Shown piece by piece: positions 17,709 through 26,602 of a stretch of DNA of 28,090 nucleotides. Numbering within the stretch: the first letter of the stretch is position 1; each line of letters begins with the position of its first letter. The DNA comes from Candidatus Eiseniibacteriota bacterium (GTDB lineage Bacteria > Arandabacterota > Arandabacteria > Arandabacterales > Arandabacteraceae), in assembly GCA_043810925.1 (NCBI GenBank), contig JBDRNT010000060.1:1-28090 (forward strand). Direction: 5' to 3'. Below the pieces are notes generated by a model. It made no database searches. It worked only from the letters and a program-made list of their open reading frames with translations, and had not been told where the DNA came from. Made by a program: the position numbers and the translations under genes.

Positions 17709-18980
17709 ATGCTTGAAGCCAAATTCATACGGTCCAATCTCGAACGCGTGAAGGCCGGTATCGAGGCCAAGGGCGAACACGTGGATATCGACCAGTATGT
17801 CGCCCTCGATGAGGAGAGGAGAAAGATCCTCCAGGATGCCGACACCCTCAAGGCCGAACGCAACCGGGTGTCAAAGGAGATCGCCGAAGAGAAATCTCAG
17901 GGCGGCGACCCCGCAGATAAGATCACGAGCATGAAGGATGTCTCGAAGCAGATCAAGGAGCTCGACGACAGTCTCCGCGACATCGAAGAGAAGACCGGTG
18001 CGCTCCTCATGTGGTTCCCGAACATGCCCGATCCTTCGGTCCCGGTGGGACGTGGAGAGGATGAGAACGTCGTCGTCAGAACCTGGGGGGAGAAACCGGC
18101 GTTTGACTTTGAGCCGGTTCCTCACTGGGATATCGGGGAGACGCTCGGGCTCTTCGATTTTGCGCGCGGATCCGCTATCGCCGGAAGCAACTTCTCGCTC
18201 TTTAAGGGTGACGGGGCAAAGCTCGTGAGGGCGCTTGTCACCTTCATGCTTGATATGCATACGAAGAAACACGGTTACACCGAGGTCTGGCCTCCGTCGC
18301 TGGCCAACCGGGATTGCATGACGGGAACCGGCCAGCTGCCAAAGCTCGCGGAAGACATGTATTACTGCCAGGTCGATGACCTGTTTCTCATACCGACGGC
18401 CGAGGTGCCGCTTACGAATCTTCACAGGGGGGAGATTCTCGAGGCTGACAGGCTGCCCGTCTGCTATACCGCGTACAGCCCGTGCTTCAGACGGGAAGCA
18501 GGCTCTTATGGCAAGGAGACGCGCGGGCTCAACCGGGTTCACCAGTTCGACAAGGTCGAGCTCGTGAAGTTCGTGACACCCGAATCGAGCAACGACGAAC
18601 TCGAAAAACTTGTCGGCAACGCCGAGGCAGTGCTCCAGGCGTTGGGACTTCACTACAGGGTCAGTCTTCTTTGTACCGGCGAGTTGAGTTTTGCTGCCGC
18701 CAAGTGCTATGACCTGGAGGTATGGAGTCCCGCCCAGGAGAAGTGGCTTGAGGTATCATCGTGCAGCAACTTCGAGGATTTCCAGGCCAGGAGGGCAGGG
18801 ATAAGGTACCGGCCCGGTAAGGGTGAGAAGGCCCAATACGTCCATACGCTCAACGGGTCCGGGGTAGCGCTTCCCAGGACGATTGTAGCTATAATCGAGA
18901 CATACCAGACGGGCGATGGCGGGGTCAAGGTGCCGGAGGCGTTGGTGCCGTACATGGACGGCAAAGAAGTGCTTGAATGA
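17709..18980 (+). CDS. serS: Serine--tRNA ligase
   Basis: N-terminal coiled coil, GTGQLPK, LIPTAEVP, FRREAGSYGK.TRGL.RVHQF.KVE, EVSSCSN, HTLNGSG.A..R. Confidence 0.97.
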   Translation: MLEAKFIRSNLERVKAGIEAKGEHVDIDQYVALDEERRKILQDADTLKAERNRVSKEIAEEKSQGGDPADKITSMKDVSKQIKELDDSLRDIEEKTGALLMWFPNMPDPSVPVGRGEDENVVVRTWGEKPAFDFEPVPHWDIGETLGLFDFARGSAIAGSNFSLFKGDGAKLVRALVTFMLDMHTKKHGYTEVWPPSLANRDCMTGTGQLPKLAEDMYYCQVDDLFLIPTAEVPLTNLHRGEILEADRLPVCYTAYSPCFRREAGSYGKETRGLNRVHQFDKVELVKFVTPESSNDELEKLVGNAEAVLQALGLHYRVSLLCTGELSFAAAKCYDLEVWSPAQEKWLEVSSCSNFEDFQARRAGIRYRPGKGEKAQYVHTLNGSGVALPRTIVAIIETYQTGDGGVKVPEALVPYMDGKEVLE

Positions 18981-18989
18981 AGACCCCTC

Positions 18990-19487
18990 ATGCACACTCA
19001 AAGCGACCTGAAGTTTTTGGTGGATCGGACCGCGGGGAAACTGGCACGCTGGCTCAGGGTTCTCGGGTTCGATGTTGAATATACTGCGACCGGCGCTGCT
19101 CCGGAGATCGCGAAGCTCGCGAGGCAATCGGGGAGGAAGGTCATAACACGCAACGGAAGTCTCGCTCACAGGCTCGGCACTGATTCGATTCTGCTCCGGA
19201 GTGAGCATCTCCCGCATCAGCTCCGGCAGGTTGTGGATCACGTCGGGGTAAAGAGGTGCGAGCCGTTTTCGAGATGCAATGTCTGCAATGCAAGACTGAC
19301 GGGCGTGGAGAAGCGGCTTGTCGAGGGCAGGGTACCGGAATACGTCTACTTGAAGCATGATCGGTTCTCGGTGTGTCCGGTATGCGGGCGCTACTACTGG
19401 CAGGGCACGCACTGGCACAAGATGATCGGGGAAATCGAAAAGATACTCGGGGGTAAGTGTCATGGAGACAGGTCAGGTCGCGACTGA
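18990..19487 (+). CDS. Mut7-C RNase (PIN-like, DUF82) domain protein with zinc ribbon
   Basis: FLVD...GKLARWLR.LGFD, PFSRC..CN, VPEYV, CPVCGRYYW.GTHW. Confidence 0.85.
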   Translation: MHTQSDLKFLVDRTAGKLARWLRVLGFDVEYTATGAAPEIAKLARQSGRKVITRNGSLAHRLGTDSILLRSEHLPHQLRQVVDHVGVKRCEPFSRCNVCNARLTGVEKRLVEGRVPEYVYLKHDRFSVCPVCGRYYWQGTHWHKMIGEIEKILGGKCHGDRSGRD

Positions 19488-20295
19488 ACTGGCGATCCCG
19501 GTTCTCAAGGTAGAGGGCGAGACCATACCCGAGGTATGGGAGAAGGCCGTCATACTCTGCTGGGAACAGGGGATTCGTATCAGGACGGAGTACGACAGGG
19601 AGGACGATCCGGAGAGCAGGGACTGCTCGATGGTAATGGTTATTCGAAGCCCTCTCGGAGAGCCGAGGATACACAGGGCCTTTCCGGGCGGTCTCGGAGA
19701 CCTCGAGATCTACAGACAGGAAGTGGTTGACGGTATTCACGATGACTGGATAGATCCTGATGCCGGCAAGTGGAGCTACACGTATCATCAGAGACTGTTC
19801 GCGTTCGAGCACGGTGATGAGAAGATCGACCAGATTGATTACATTGTCCGGAAGCTCGCCGAGACCAATTTCACCCGGCGCGCCCAGGCAATCACCTGGG
19901 ATGTGAAGACGGACAGGGTGGTAAGCGACCCTCCCTGCCTTCAGCGTCTGTGGTGCAGGCTTACCGGTGACGGGGACGGAGGCCTCATCCTCAACATGAA
20001 CGGACACTGGCGTTCGAGGGACGCCTACAAGGCGGCGTTCATGAATCTGTTCGCTCTCACCGATCTCATGAGGGTGATCGGGGAGCGGTTGGCTGAGCAG
20101 ACCTCTATGCGCGTATCGCTGGGAAGATATGCCGAGTTCGTCGACAGTTTTCATATCTACGGTTCATACTTCAAAGAGTTCGAGGGGTTCCTCGGGACTG
20201 TCAAGAAACGGCGATTCGAGGAAAGGGTGTGGGACACCAAGTTCGCCGAGCCCTATTTCGATGAAGCAAGGGAGAAGCTGAAGACGGAGTCCTGA
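19462..20295 (+). CDS. Thymidylate synthase superfamily protein, archaeal-type ThyA-like
   Basis: WSYTYHQRL, DQIDYIV..L, TRRAQAITW, DPPCLQ (catalytic Cys), WRSRDAYKAAFMN, DSFHIY. Confidence 0.75.
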   Translation: METGQVATELAIPVLKVEGETIPEVWEKAVILCWEQGIRIRTEYDREDDPESRDCSMVMVIRSPLGEPRIHRAFPGGLGDLEIYRQEVVDGIHDDWIDPDAGKWSYTYHQRLFAFEHGDEKIDQIDYIVRKLAETNFTRRAQAITWDVKTDRVVSDPPCLQRLWCRLTGDGDGGLILNMNGHWRSRDAYKAAFMNLFALTDLMRVIGERLAEQTSMRVSLGRYAEFVDSFHIYGSYFKEFEGFLGTVKKRRFEERVWDTKFAEPYFDEAREKLKTES

Positions 20296-20337
20296 TTCAG
20301 ACCAGGGCCCGGTCAGGTTTAGGGGGAGGATGAGAGG

Positions 20338-21585
20338 ATGCGTTTTTTGCCGATAGGCGGACCGGTCAGGGTGAGGACCTATGCCTTCATCGGCGCAATG
20401 ATCATCGTTGGTGCCGTATTTGTCTATACATACTCCCTTGTCAGGAGCTTCGAAAGGCAAACCGAGACGTTGACCCGGCTCGTTGCGAACTTTTGTGCCG
20501 CGGCGACCTATCCGGCGACACAGGATGAGCAGCTTCGCCACATCTTCAACAATGTGATAGAGGACATAAACTTCCCAATCATCATCGCTGATCCGAGAGG
20601 CGTGCCCTACACATGGAGGAACATAGGGGAGCGTCTCAATCCGGATGATGTGAGTTGGGAGGACTTCGTCACCATGAATCCGTCCCATCCCCCACCTGGA
20701 CCGATGGCGGAGGCAATGGAGACCCTGCGGGCGATGGAGAGAAAAGGGAATGCCATAATGATGATCGACCCTACGAGTGGGAGGTACCTCGGCAGGGTCC
20801 TCTATGGTCATCCGGTGATCACCAGGGGCTTGAGATGGCTCCCGCTTGCAAGCGCCGCATCGTTGGCCTTGTTTACCGTGATGGGTTATCTCGGGATAAG
20901 AAGCATCATAGTGGGGGAACGGCGATCGATCTGGATAGGCATGGCCCGGGAAACCGCGCACCAGCTGGGGACGCCGCTGTCCTCCCTGATGGGTTGGCTG
21001 CAACATCTCAAGGAACGCTGTGCGGATGATCGCACGAGAGACACTGTCCGGGAGATGGAAAAGGACATCCTGAGACTCAGCAAGATATCGTCCAGGTTCG
21101 GGAAGGTCGGCTCACAGCCCAGGCTTGAAAGGGAGGATGTGGTGGAGATCGTGAGAAGCGCAGTTGAGTACCAGAAACGGAGACTGCCCTCCTTCAGCCG
21201 CGAGGTCGAGATAAAAGAGCACTTCGGCAATGTCCCGAAAGCACCGGTGAACCCCGATCTGCTTGAGTGGGCCGTCGAGAACCTGCTCAAGAACGCGCTT
21301 GACGCCGTGGACAAACCCAAGGGTATCATCGAGGTCAGGGCGACCTACGTGCCTCGCCAGGAGATCATTTCCATAGAGATCGAAGACAATGGTAAGGGCA
21401 TGGACTCGAAGGCCGCCAAGAAGATCTTCGAGCCCGGCTTTACGACCAGAAGAGGTGGTTGGGGACTTGGACTCCCGCTGGCCAGAAGAGTGGTTGAGGA
21501 GTATCATCATGGCAGCCTGAAACTTCTCAGGACTGCGCAGGGCCAGGGATCGCTCTTTGTGATGGAGATCCCGGCTCCGAAGTAA
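20338..21585 (+). CDS. Membrane-bound sensor histidine kinase
   Basis: Two TM segments, H-box WIGMARETAHQLGTPLSSLMGW, N-box ENLLKNALDA, DNGKG, IFEPGFTT, GWGLGL. Confidence 0.92.
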   Translation: MRFLPIGGPVRVRTYAFIGAMIIVGAVFVYTYSLVRSFERQTETLTRLVANFCAAATYPATQDEQLRHIFNNVIEDINFPIIIADPRGVPYTWRNIGERLNPDDVSWEDFVTMNPSHPPPGPMAEAMETLRAMERKGNAIMMIDPTSGRYLGRVLYGHPVITRGLRWLPLASAASLALFTVMGYLGIRSIIVGERRSIWIGMARETAHQLGTPLSSLMGWLQHLKERCADDRTRDTVREMEKDILRLSKISSRFGKVGSQPRLEREDVVEIVRSAVEYQKRRLPSFSREVEIKEHFGNVPKAPVNPDLLEWAVENLLKNALDAVDKPKGIIEVRATYVPRQEIISIEIEDNGKGMDSKAAKKIFEPGFTTRRGGWGLGLPLARRVVEEYHHGSLKLLRTAQGQGSLFVMEIPAPK

Positions 21586-21601
21586 CGAGGAGAAGAGCCT
21601 G

Positions 21602-23164
21602 ATGGCCGAGAAGAAAGCTTCAATCCTCTGGGTGGATGATGAAATAGAGCTCCTGAAGTCCCAGATCATGTTTCTTGAGGAGCGGGGTTACACTGTACGG
21701 CCGGCGTCGAACGGTGAAGATGCGGTCGGACTGATGAAAAGCGAATCGTTCGATCTTGTTCTGCTTGACCAGATGATGCCGGGACTTGATGGACTTTCGA
21801 CACTTGTCAAGATCAAGGAAGTCAATCCATCGGTGCCGGTTGTAATGATAACCAAGAGTGAAGAGGAAGGGCTGATAGACGAGGCCTTACGAAAGCGAAT
21901 CGACGACTTCCTCCTGAAACCCGTGAACCCCGTTCAGATCCTGTCGGCCGCCAGGCGGATTCTCGAGGGTAAGCAGATACGAGAAACAGAACTCTCGAGA
22001 GAGTATGTCGAGGACTTCAATATTGTCGACGAGCTGAGAAGCCAGGCAACGGGTTGGGAGGATTGGCTGAAGATACACCGCAAACTGAGCGAATGGGGCC
22101 TTGTTCTGGACGAGTTTCCCGACAGCGGGCTGATGCAGAGCCTTGTCGATCAGCGGAGGCAATGTAACATCGAATTCAGCATGTTTATCGAGAAAGTGTA
22201 CAGGGACTGGACCATGGCAGAGGAACGGCCGTTGCTCTCCGTTGATGTTGTTGCGAATTTCATCGCCCCGCACCTGTCGGCCGGAAAGCGGGTGTTCTTC
22301 ATAATCATAGACTGCCTTAGACTTGACCAGTGGCTTGCAATAGAATCGACCCTGGAACCCTACTACTCGATCAAAAGGGATCACTACTACTCGATTCTCC
22401 CGACGGCGACACCGTATTCAAGGAATGCGATTTTCGCCGGGCTCTTCCCCAGCGAGATTGCCGCCGACTATCCGCAGTACTGGGAAGAGACCGGTTCGGA
22501 TGAGGTCGGGAAGAACAGGTTCGAGAAGCCGCTACTGGACAAGCAGCTGAAGAAAATGGGAATCCACATCAGTCCATCGGTCAAGTATCTCAAGATATAT
22601 ACGGCCGATGAGGCGATCCAGGCGAGAAAACAGGTGCCGACTCTCCAGAGTCTTCCACTGGTTGCGATGGTGTTCAATTTCGTTGATATCGTTGCGCACA
22701 GCCGGTCCGAATCGGTTGTGCTTCAGGAGATGCTTCCCGACGAATCGGCATACAGGAGTTTCACGAGATCGTGGTTCATGCACTCGCCGCTCTACGACAT
22801 ACTCAAGGCGATATCGCTTCAGGACGTTACCGTGGTGGTGACGACCGATCACGGGTCGATAATCGGCAGGAGATCTGCGGTGGCTTTAGGCGACAGGGAG
22901 ACGTCGACCAACGTGAGATACAAGTTCGGAACGAATCTCAACTGCGACGAGAGGCAGGCTGTCCGTGTCAAGAACCCGCTCGAATTCAAGCTACCACCGG
23001 GCGGTGTCAACAAGAACTACATCATTGCCAAGGAGGACTACTACTTCGTCTATCCCACCAATTTCCACGAGTACGAGCGGCACTACAAACACAGTTTCCA
23101 GCATGGCGGTATATCGATGGACGAGATGATACTTCCGTGCGTTACGATGACGCCAAAGAGATGA
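21602..23164 (+). CDS. porX: PorX-type response regulator with C-terminal PglZ (alkaline-phosphatase-like) domain
   Basis: Receiver ILWVDDEI..LLDQMMPG..MITKSEEE..KPVNP.QIL. PglZ motifs IDCLR.DQW, SILPTAT.YSRNAIF, TTDHG, FQHGGISM.EM. tsaE lies immediately downstream. Confidence 0.8.
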   Translation: MAEKKASILWVDDEIELLKSQIMFLEERGYTVRPASNGEDAVGLMKSESFDLVLLDQMMPGLDGLSTLVKIKEVNPSVPVVMITKSEEEGLIDEALRKRIDDFLLKPVNPVQILSAARRILEGKQIRETELSREYVEDFNIVDELRSQATGWEDWLKIHRKLSEWGLVLDEFPDSGLMQSLVDQRRQCNIEFSMFIEKVYRDWTMAEERPLLSVDVVANFIAPHLSAGKRVFFIIIDCLRLDQWLAIESTLEPYYSIKRDHYYSILPTATPYSRNAIFAGLFPSEIAADYPQYWEETGSDEVGKNRFEKPLLDKQLKKMGIHISPSVKYLKIYTADEAIQARKQVPTLQSLPLVAMVFNFVDIVAHSRSESVVLQEMLPDESAYRSFTRSWFMHSPLYDILKAISLQDVTVVVTTDHGSIIGRRSAVALGDRETSTNVRYKFGTNLNCDERQAVRVKNPLEFKLPPGGVNKNYIIAKEDYYFVYPTNFHEYERHYKHSFQHGGISMDEMILPCVTMTPKR

Positions 23165-23168
23165 CATC

Positions 23169-23660
23169 GTGGTCCACCTTATCAAACTGCTGTCCAGGTC
23201 CACACACGATACGATGCAAATCGGCGAGAAGCTGGGGGCCGACCTCGCTCCTGGTGATGCCGTTGCACTCACGGGGGTCCTTGGTTCGGGCAAGAGTGTT
23301 CTGGCGCGCGGGATACTCAGGGCTCTCGGTGTGACGGGCGAGATTCCCAGCCCGAGCTATATTATCGTGGCAAGTTACGAAGCACGGCTGCCGGCGAACC
23401 ATATCGATCTCTACCGGCTAGAGGGGCCCGACGAGGCCGTGGGGATCGGCATTGAGGACTATCTGTACTCAGGCAGCGTCAATGTGATCGAGTGGGCGGA
23501 GAAGATCGGGGATCTTCTTCCTCCCTCGAGAGTCGATATCACGATCGATGTGAGAAAAGAACCGGATGAGCGTCTGATCACCATTCGGCCGGCGGACGAC
23601 GACATGAAAGCCAGGCTGACGGGACTTGCCGGGCAGCTGATCTTTATGGAGGGACAATGA
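23169..23660 (+). CDS. tsaE: tRNA t6A biosynthesis ATPase TsaE
   Basis: G.LGSGKS P-loop, SPSY, HIDLYRL, IEWAE. Confidence 0.92.
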   Translation: MVHLIKLLSRSTHDTMQIGEKLGADLAPGDAVALTGVLGSGKSVLARGILRALGVTGEIPSPSYIIVASYEARLPANHIDLYRLEGPDEAVGIGIEDYLYSGSVNVIEWAEKIGDLLPPSRVDITIDVRKEPDERLITIRPADDDMKARLTGLAGQLIFMEGQ

Positions 23661-24376
23661 GAGTCCTGGGAATCGAAACCTCTGCGACCACGGGCGGGTT
23701 TGCGGTTATAGATGGTGAGCGCCTGATGGCGGAGCTCGTCGCCGACATAACCGGGCGGCATGTCGAGAAAGGTGTTGCGATGATAGGGGAGGTGCTTGAC
23801 AGCGCGGGTGTCAAGGTTGAAGATCTCGACGCCGTGGCAGTATCGCTCGGGCCGGGTTCGTTTACCGGTCTCAGGGTCGGGCTTGCGATCGCCAAGGGGA
23901 TGTGCTTCGGCAGGGGCATGAGTATCGTAGGGGTGCCGACACTTGACTGCATAGCCGAGTCCCTGGGTTCCCGCGAGGGGCTTGTAGTGCCCGTTCGGGA
24001 TGCCAGACGCGGTGAGATTTACTTCAGCATCTTCTCGGCCGAGAAAGGTACCGTCACAAGGACATGTGATTACCTGGCCATGCCGCCCGACCGTGTGATC
24101 AGCGCGATCAACGATCTTCCGGCCGGTCGGAGTGTCGTGCTTTCGGGCGATGCACTTTCACGCTATGGCGACGATCTGAGAGCCGGGGTCGGTTCCGAGG
24201 TGGTTTTCGCACCCGAGACGATGTGGGCGGCTAAGCCCTCCGTCGTTGCACTGATGGGGGCTTCACTCATCGAGCGGGGCGAATCGGCCGATCTGGACAC
24301 GATCGAGCCCATGTATGTTAGACCGTCAGAGGCGGAGCGACAGGCGGCGAAACCGGTGGACGATGGAGTCACTTGA
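23657..24376 (+). CDS. tsaB: tRNA t6A biosynthesis protein TsaB
   Basis: LGIETS, GPGSFTGLRVG, DARRGEIY, EPMYVR. Confidence 0.92.
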   Translation: MRVLGIETSATTGGFAVIDGERLMAELVADITGRHVEKGVAMIGEVLDSAGVKVEDLDAVAVSLGPGSFTGLRVGLAIAKGMCFGRGMSIVGVPTLDCIAESLGSREGLVVPVRDARRGEIYFSIFSAEKGTVTRTCDYLAMPPDRVISAINDLPAGRSVVLSGDALSRYGDDLRAGVGSEVVFAPETMWAAKPSVVALMGASLIERGESADLDTIEPMYVRPSEAERQAAKPVDDGVT

Positions 24377-24830
24377 GATACGCAGAATGAGCGAGCGTGA
24401 CATAGATGAGGTCTGGCAGATCGAGCTGGATCTCTTCACGATGCCATGGTCGAGGCCCAGCTTCCTCTACGAAGTCAGTGACAGCCGGAACAGCTATCCC
24501 GTCGTCGGAGTCCAGGACGATTCGGTCGTAGCCTATGCGATCGCCTGGTTCGTCGGTGACGAGCTCCACATCGGCAACATAGCGGTGACAAAAGCGAGGC
24601 AGGGCAGGGGGATGGGCAAGCGGATGCTGGAGCACCTGCTTGAGGAGGCCTCGCAACGTGAGGTTGGATATGCTACGCTTGAGGTGAGGGTAAGCAATGT
24701 GAGAGCGATCAGGTTGTATCGCACATATGGTTTCAGACCGATCGCGCTCAGGAAGCGTTACTATAGCGACAACGGTGAAGATGCCATGGTGATGTTTGCA
24801 GAGATTGGGCCTGAAGGCGCAGAGGAGTAG
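24363..24830 (+). CDS. rimI: Ribosomal-protein-S18-alanine N-acetyltransferase (GNAT)
   Basis: F..PWS, ELHI.NIAV, QGRG.G, LEVR.SN..AI.LY..YGF...RKRYY.DNGEDA. ATG 24363. Confidence 0.9.
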   Translation: MESLEIRRMSERDIDEVWQIELDLFTMPWSRPSFLYEVSDSRNSYPVVGVQDDSVVAYAIAWFVGDELHIGNIAVTKARQGRGMGKRMLEHLLEEASQREVGYATLEVRVSNVRAIRLYRTYGFRPIALRKRYYSDNGEDAMVMFAEIGPEGAEE

Positions 24831-24835
24831 GGACC

Positions 24836-25642
24836 ATGCCGGAGCAGGGATCGATCGATTCCAGGGCCGACGAGGCGGCCGACTACCTGCGTAAATCCAT
24901 ACCCTTCCGAACGAGAACCGGTATCGTTCTGGGCTCGGGTCTCGGGGCGGTGCGTGAGGCCTTCAGGACGGTCCGGACATTTGCCTACAAGGATATCCCC
25001 CACTTTCCCGTGTCGACGGTCAAGGGCCACGAGGGCAGGCTTATCGCGGCAAAGCGGGGCCGCCATGGCGTGGTGATCATGGATGGCCGTGTGCATCGGT
25101 ACGAAGGCTATTCGTTCAGCACCGTCACGTTTCCGGTCAGGGTGTTTCGGAGACTCGGGGTATCGACGATGATAATCACGAATGCCTCGGGGTCCGTCAG
25201 CAAGAGGTTCGCACCGGGTGACATACTGCTTATTGAGGACCACATAGATCTGATGTGGAGAGGTGTGACGGAGCTGAGCCGGGGACCGCAGGTCATGCAC
25301 AGGTCTTACTATTCCAAACGCCTGACAGAACTGGCGGCCGATGTCGGAGTGGCGAGGGGGATCGCGGTCAAGAAGGGAGTGCTCCTGGCGACAACAGGTC
25401 CTTCCTATGAAACCACGTCCGAGGTGGAATTTGCTCGCACGGCCGGCGCCGACGCTGCTACAATGTCCACCATACCGGAGGTCACGTTGTGTCATGAACT
25501 GGGGATAGCGGTGCTGGGTATGTCGCTTGTAACCAATGTGGCTGCCGGTCACTCGGGAGGGCACGAGGAGGTCGTGGGCTTTGCCGAGAAGGGAAGCCGT
25601 AATCTTCAAGCGATTATCACCGGTGTGATTGATGCGATCTGA
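24836..25642 (+). CDS. punA: Purine-nucleoside phosphorylase (trimeric PNP family)
   Basis: GIVLGSGLG, IPHFP.STV.GH.G, GR.H.YEG, TNASG, GPSYET, MST.PEV, VTN. Confidence 0.85.
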   Translation: MPEQGSIDSRADEAADYLRKSIPFRTRTGIVLGSGLGAVREAFRTVRTFAYKDIPHFPVSTVKGHEGRLIAAKRGRHGVVIMDGRVHRYEGYSFSTVTFPVRVFRRLGVSTMIITNASGSVSKRFAPGDILLIEDHIDLMWRGVTELSRGPQVMHRSYYSKRLTELAADVGVARGIAVKKGVLLATTGPSYETTSEVEFARTAGADAATMSTIPEVTLCHELGIAVLGMSLVTNVAAGHSGGHEEVVGFAEKGSRNLQAIITGVIDAI

Positions 25643-25651
25643 GGGTGCTTG

Positions 25652-26602
25652 ATGAGCTGGTTCAGAAGAATCGAGCAAGGGCTGGGGCGCGGAGACAAGC
25701 GCGACATGCCCGACGGGCTCTGGCGAAAGTGCGATAGCTGCGGTGAGATAGTCTACGAAAGGGTCATACAGAGGAATTACTGGACCTGCTCGAAATGCGG
25801 CTATCACTTTATGATATCAAGCCGGGACTACATCTCCATGATCACCGACGAGGGAAGTTTCGTGGAGATGGACGCCGACATGCGGTCGTGCGATCCGCTT
25901 GAGTTCCGGGACTCCAAACGCTACACCGACAGACTTCGGAGTGCGCAGAAGAAGACCGGTCTGGGTGAGGCGATCCTGACGGGGACATGCGTGATCGGGG
26001 GGCATGAGGCCGCGATCGGGGTCCTCGATTTCGAGTTCCTTGGCGGCAGCATGGCTTCCGTGGTGGGAGAGAAGGTGATGAGGGTCGTCAGGAAAGCGCT
26101 TGATGAAAAGCGGTTTCTGGTTCTTGTTTCGAGCTCGGGTGGTGCCAGGATGCAGGAAGGCATACTCTCCCTGATGCAGATGGCGAAGACCAGCGCCTGG
26201 CTGGGGAGGTTCTCGGAGGAGAAGAGACTCTATGTCTCCGTGCTGACCCACCCCACGACAGGGGGGGTAACGGCGAGTTTTGCCATGCTCGGTGATCTGA
26301 TAATCGCCGAGCCGGGTGCGCTTATAGGCTTCGCGGGACCCAGGGTCATCGAGCAGACGATAAACCAGGAACTGCCCAAGGGATTTCAGCGGGCCGAGTT
26401 CCAGCTTGATCACGGGATGGTCGACATGGTAGTGCCCCGACCGAATATGCGCAAGACGCTGGTTGGGATATTTGACTTCTTTGGCGACGTCGACAGGCCG
26501 GGCGAATACAAGGAGAGACCTGCCATCCTCAAGACCCCACCTCACATCGAAGTGAAGGCCGATCGGAAGGAGGACGGCGCAACGCCTGGAACCCCTCGAT
26601 GA
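25652..26602 (+). CDS. accD: Acetyl-CoA carboxylase carboxyltransferase beta subunit
   Basis: LW.KC..C...C..C zinc finger, F.GGSM.SVVGEK, SGGARMQEG, PTTGGVTASFAM, FAGPRVIEQT. Confidence 0.95.
   Translation: MSWFRRIEQGLGRGDKRDMPDGLWRKCDSCGEIVYERVIQRNYWTCSKCGYHFMISSRDYISMITDEGSFVEMDADMRSCDPLEFRDSKRYTDRLRSAQKKTGLGEAILTGTCVIGGHEAAIGVLDFEFLGGSMASVVGEKVMRVVRKALDEKRFLVLVSSSGGARMQEGILSLMQMAKTSAWLGRFSEEKRLYVSVLTHPTTGGVTASFAMLGDLIIAEPGALIGFAGPRVIEQTINQELPKGFQRAEFQLDHGMVDMVVPRPNMRKTLVGIFDFFGDVDRPGEYKERPAILKTPPHIEVKADRKEDGATPGTPR

Noticed and set aside
17709-18980. serS proximity to the UGA gene as evidence of a Sec-decoding locus
   Set aside because: SerRS does charge tRNA-Sec, but it is universal, divergently transcribed and heads a housekeeping operon. 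No selA/B/C/D is visible in the window.
21602-23164. PglZ domain as part of a BREX defence system
   Set aside because: It is fused to a receiver domain next to tsaE (PorX type), with no brxC or pglX.
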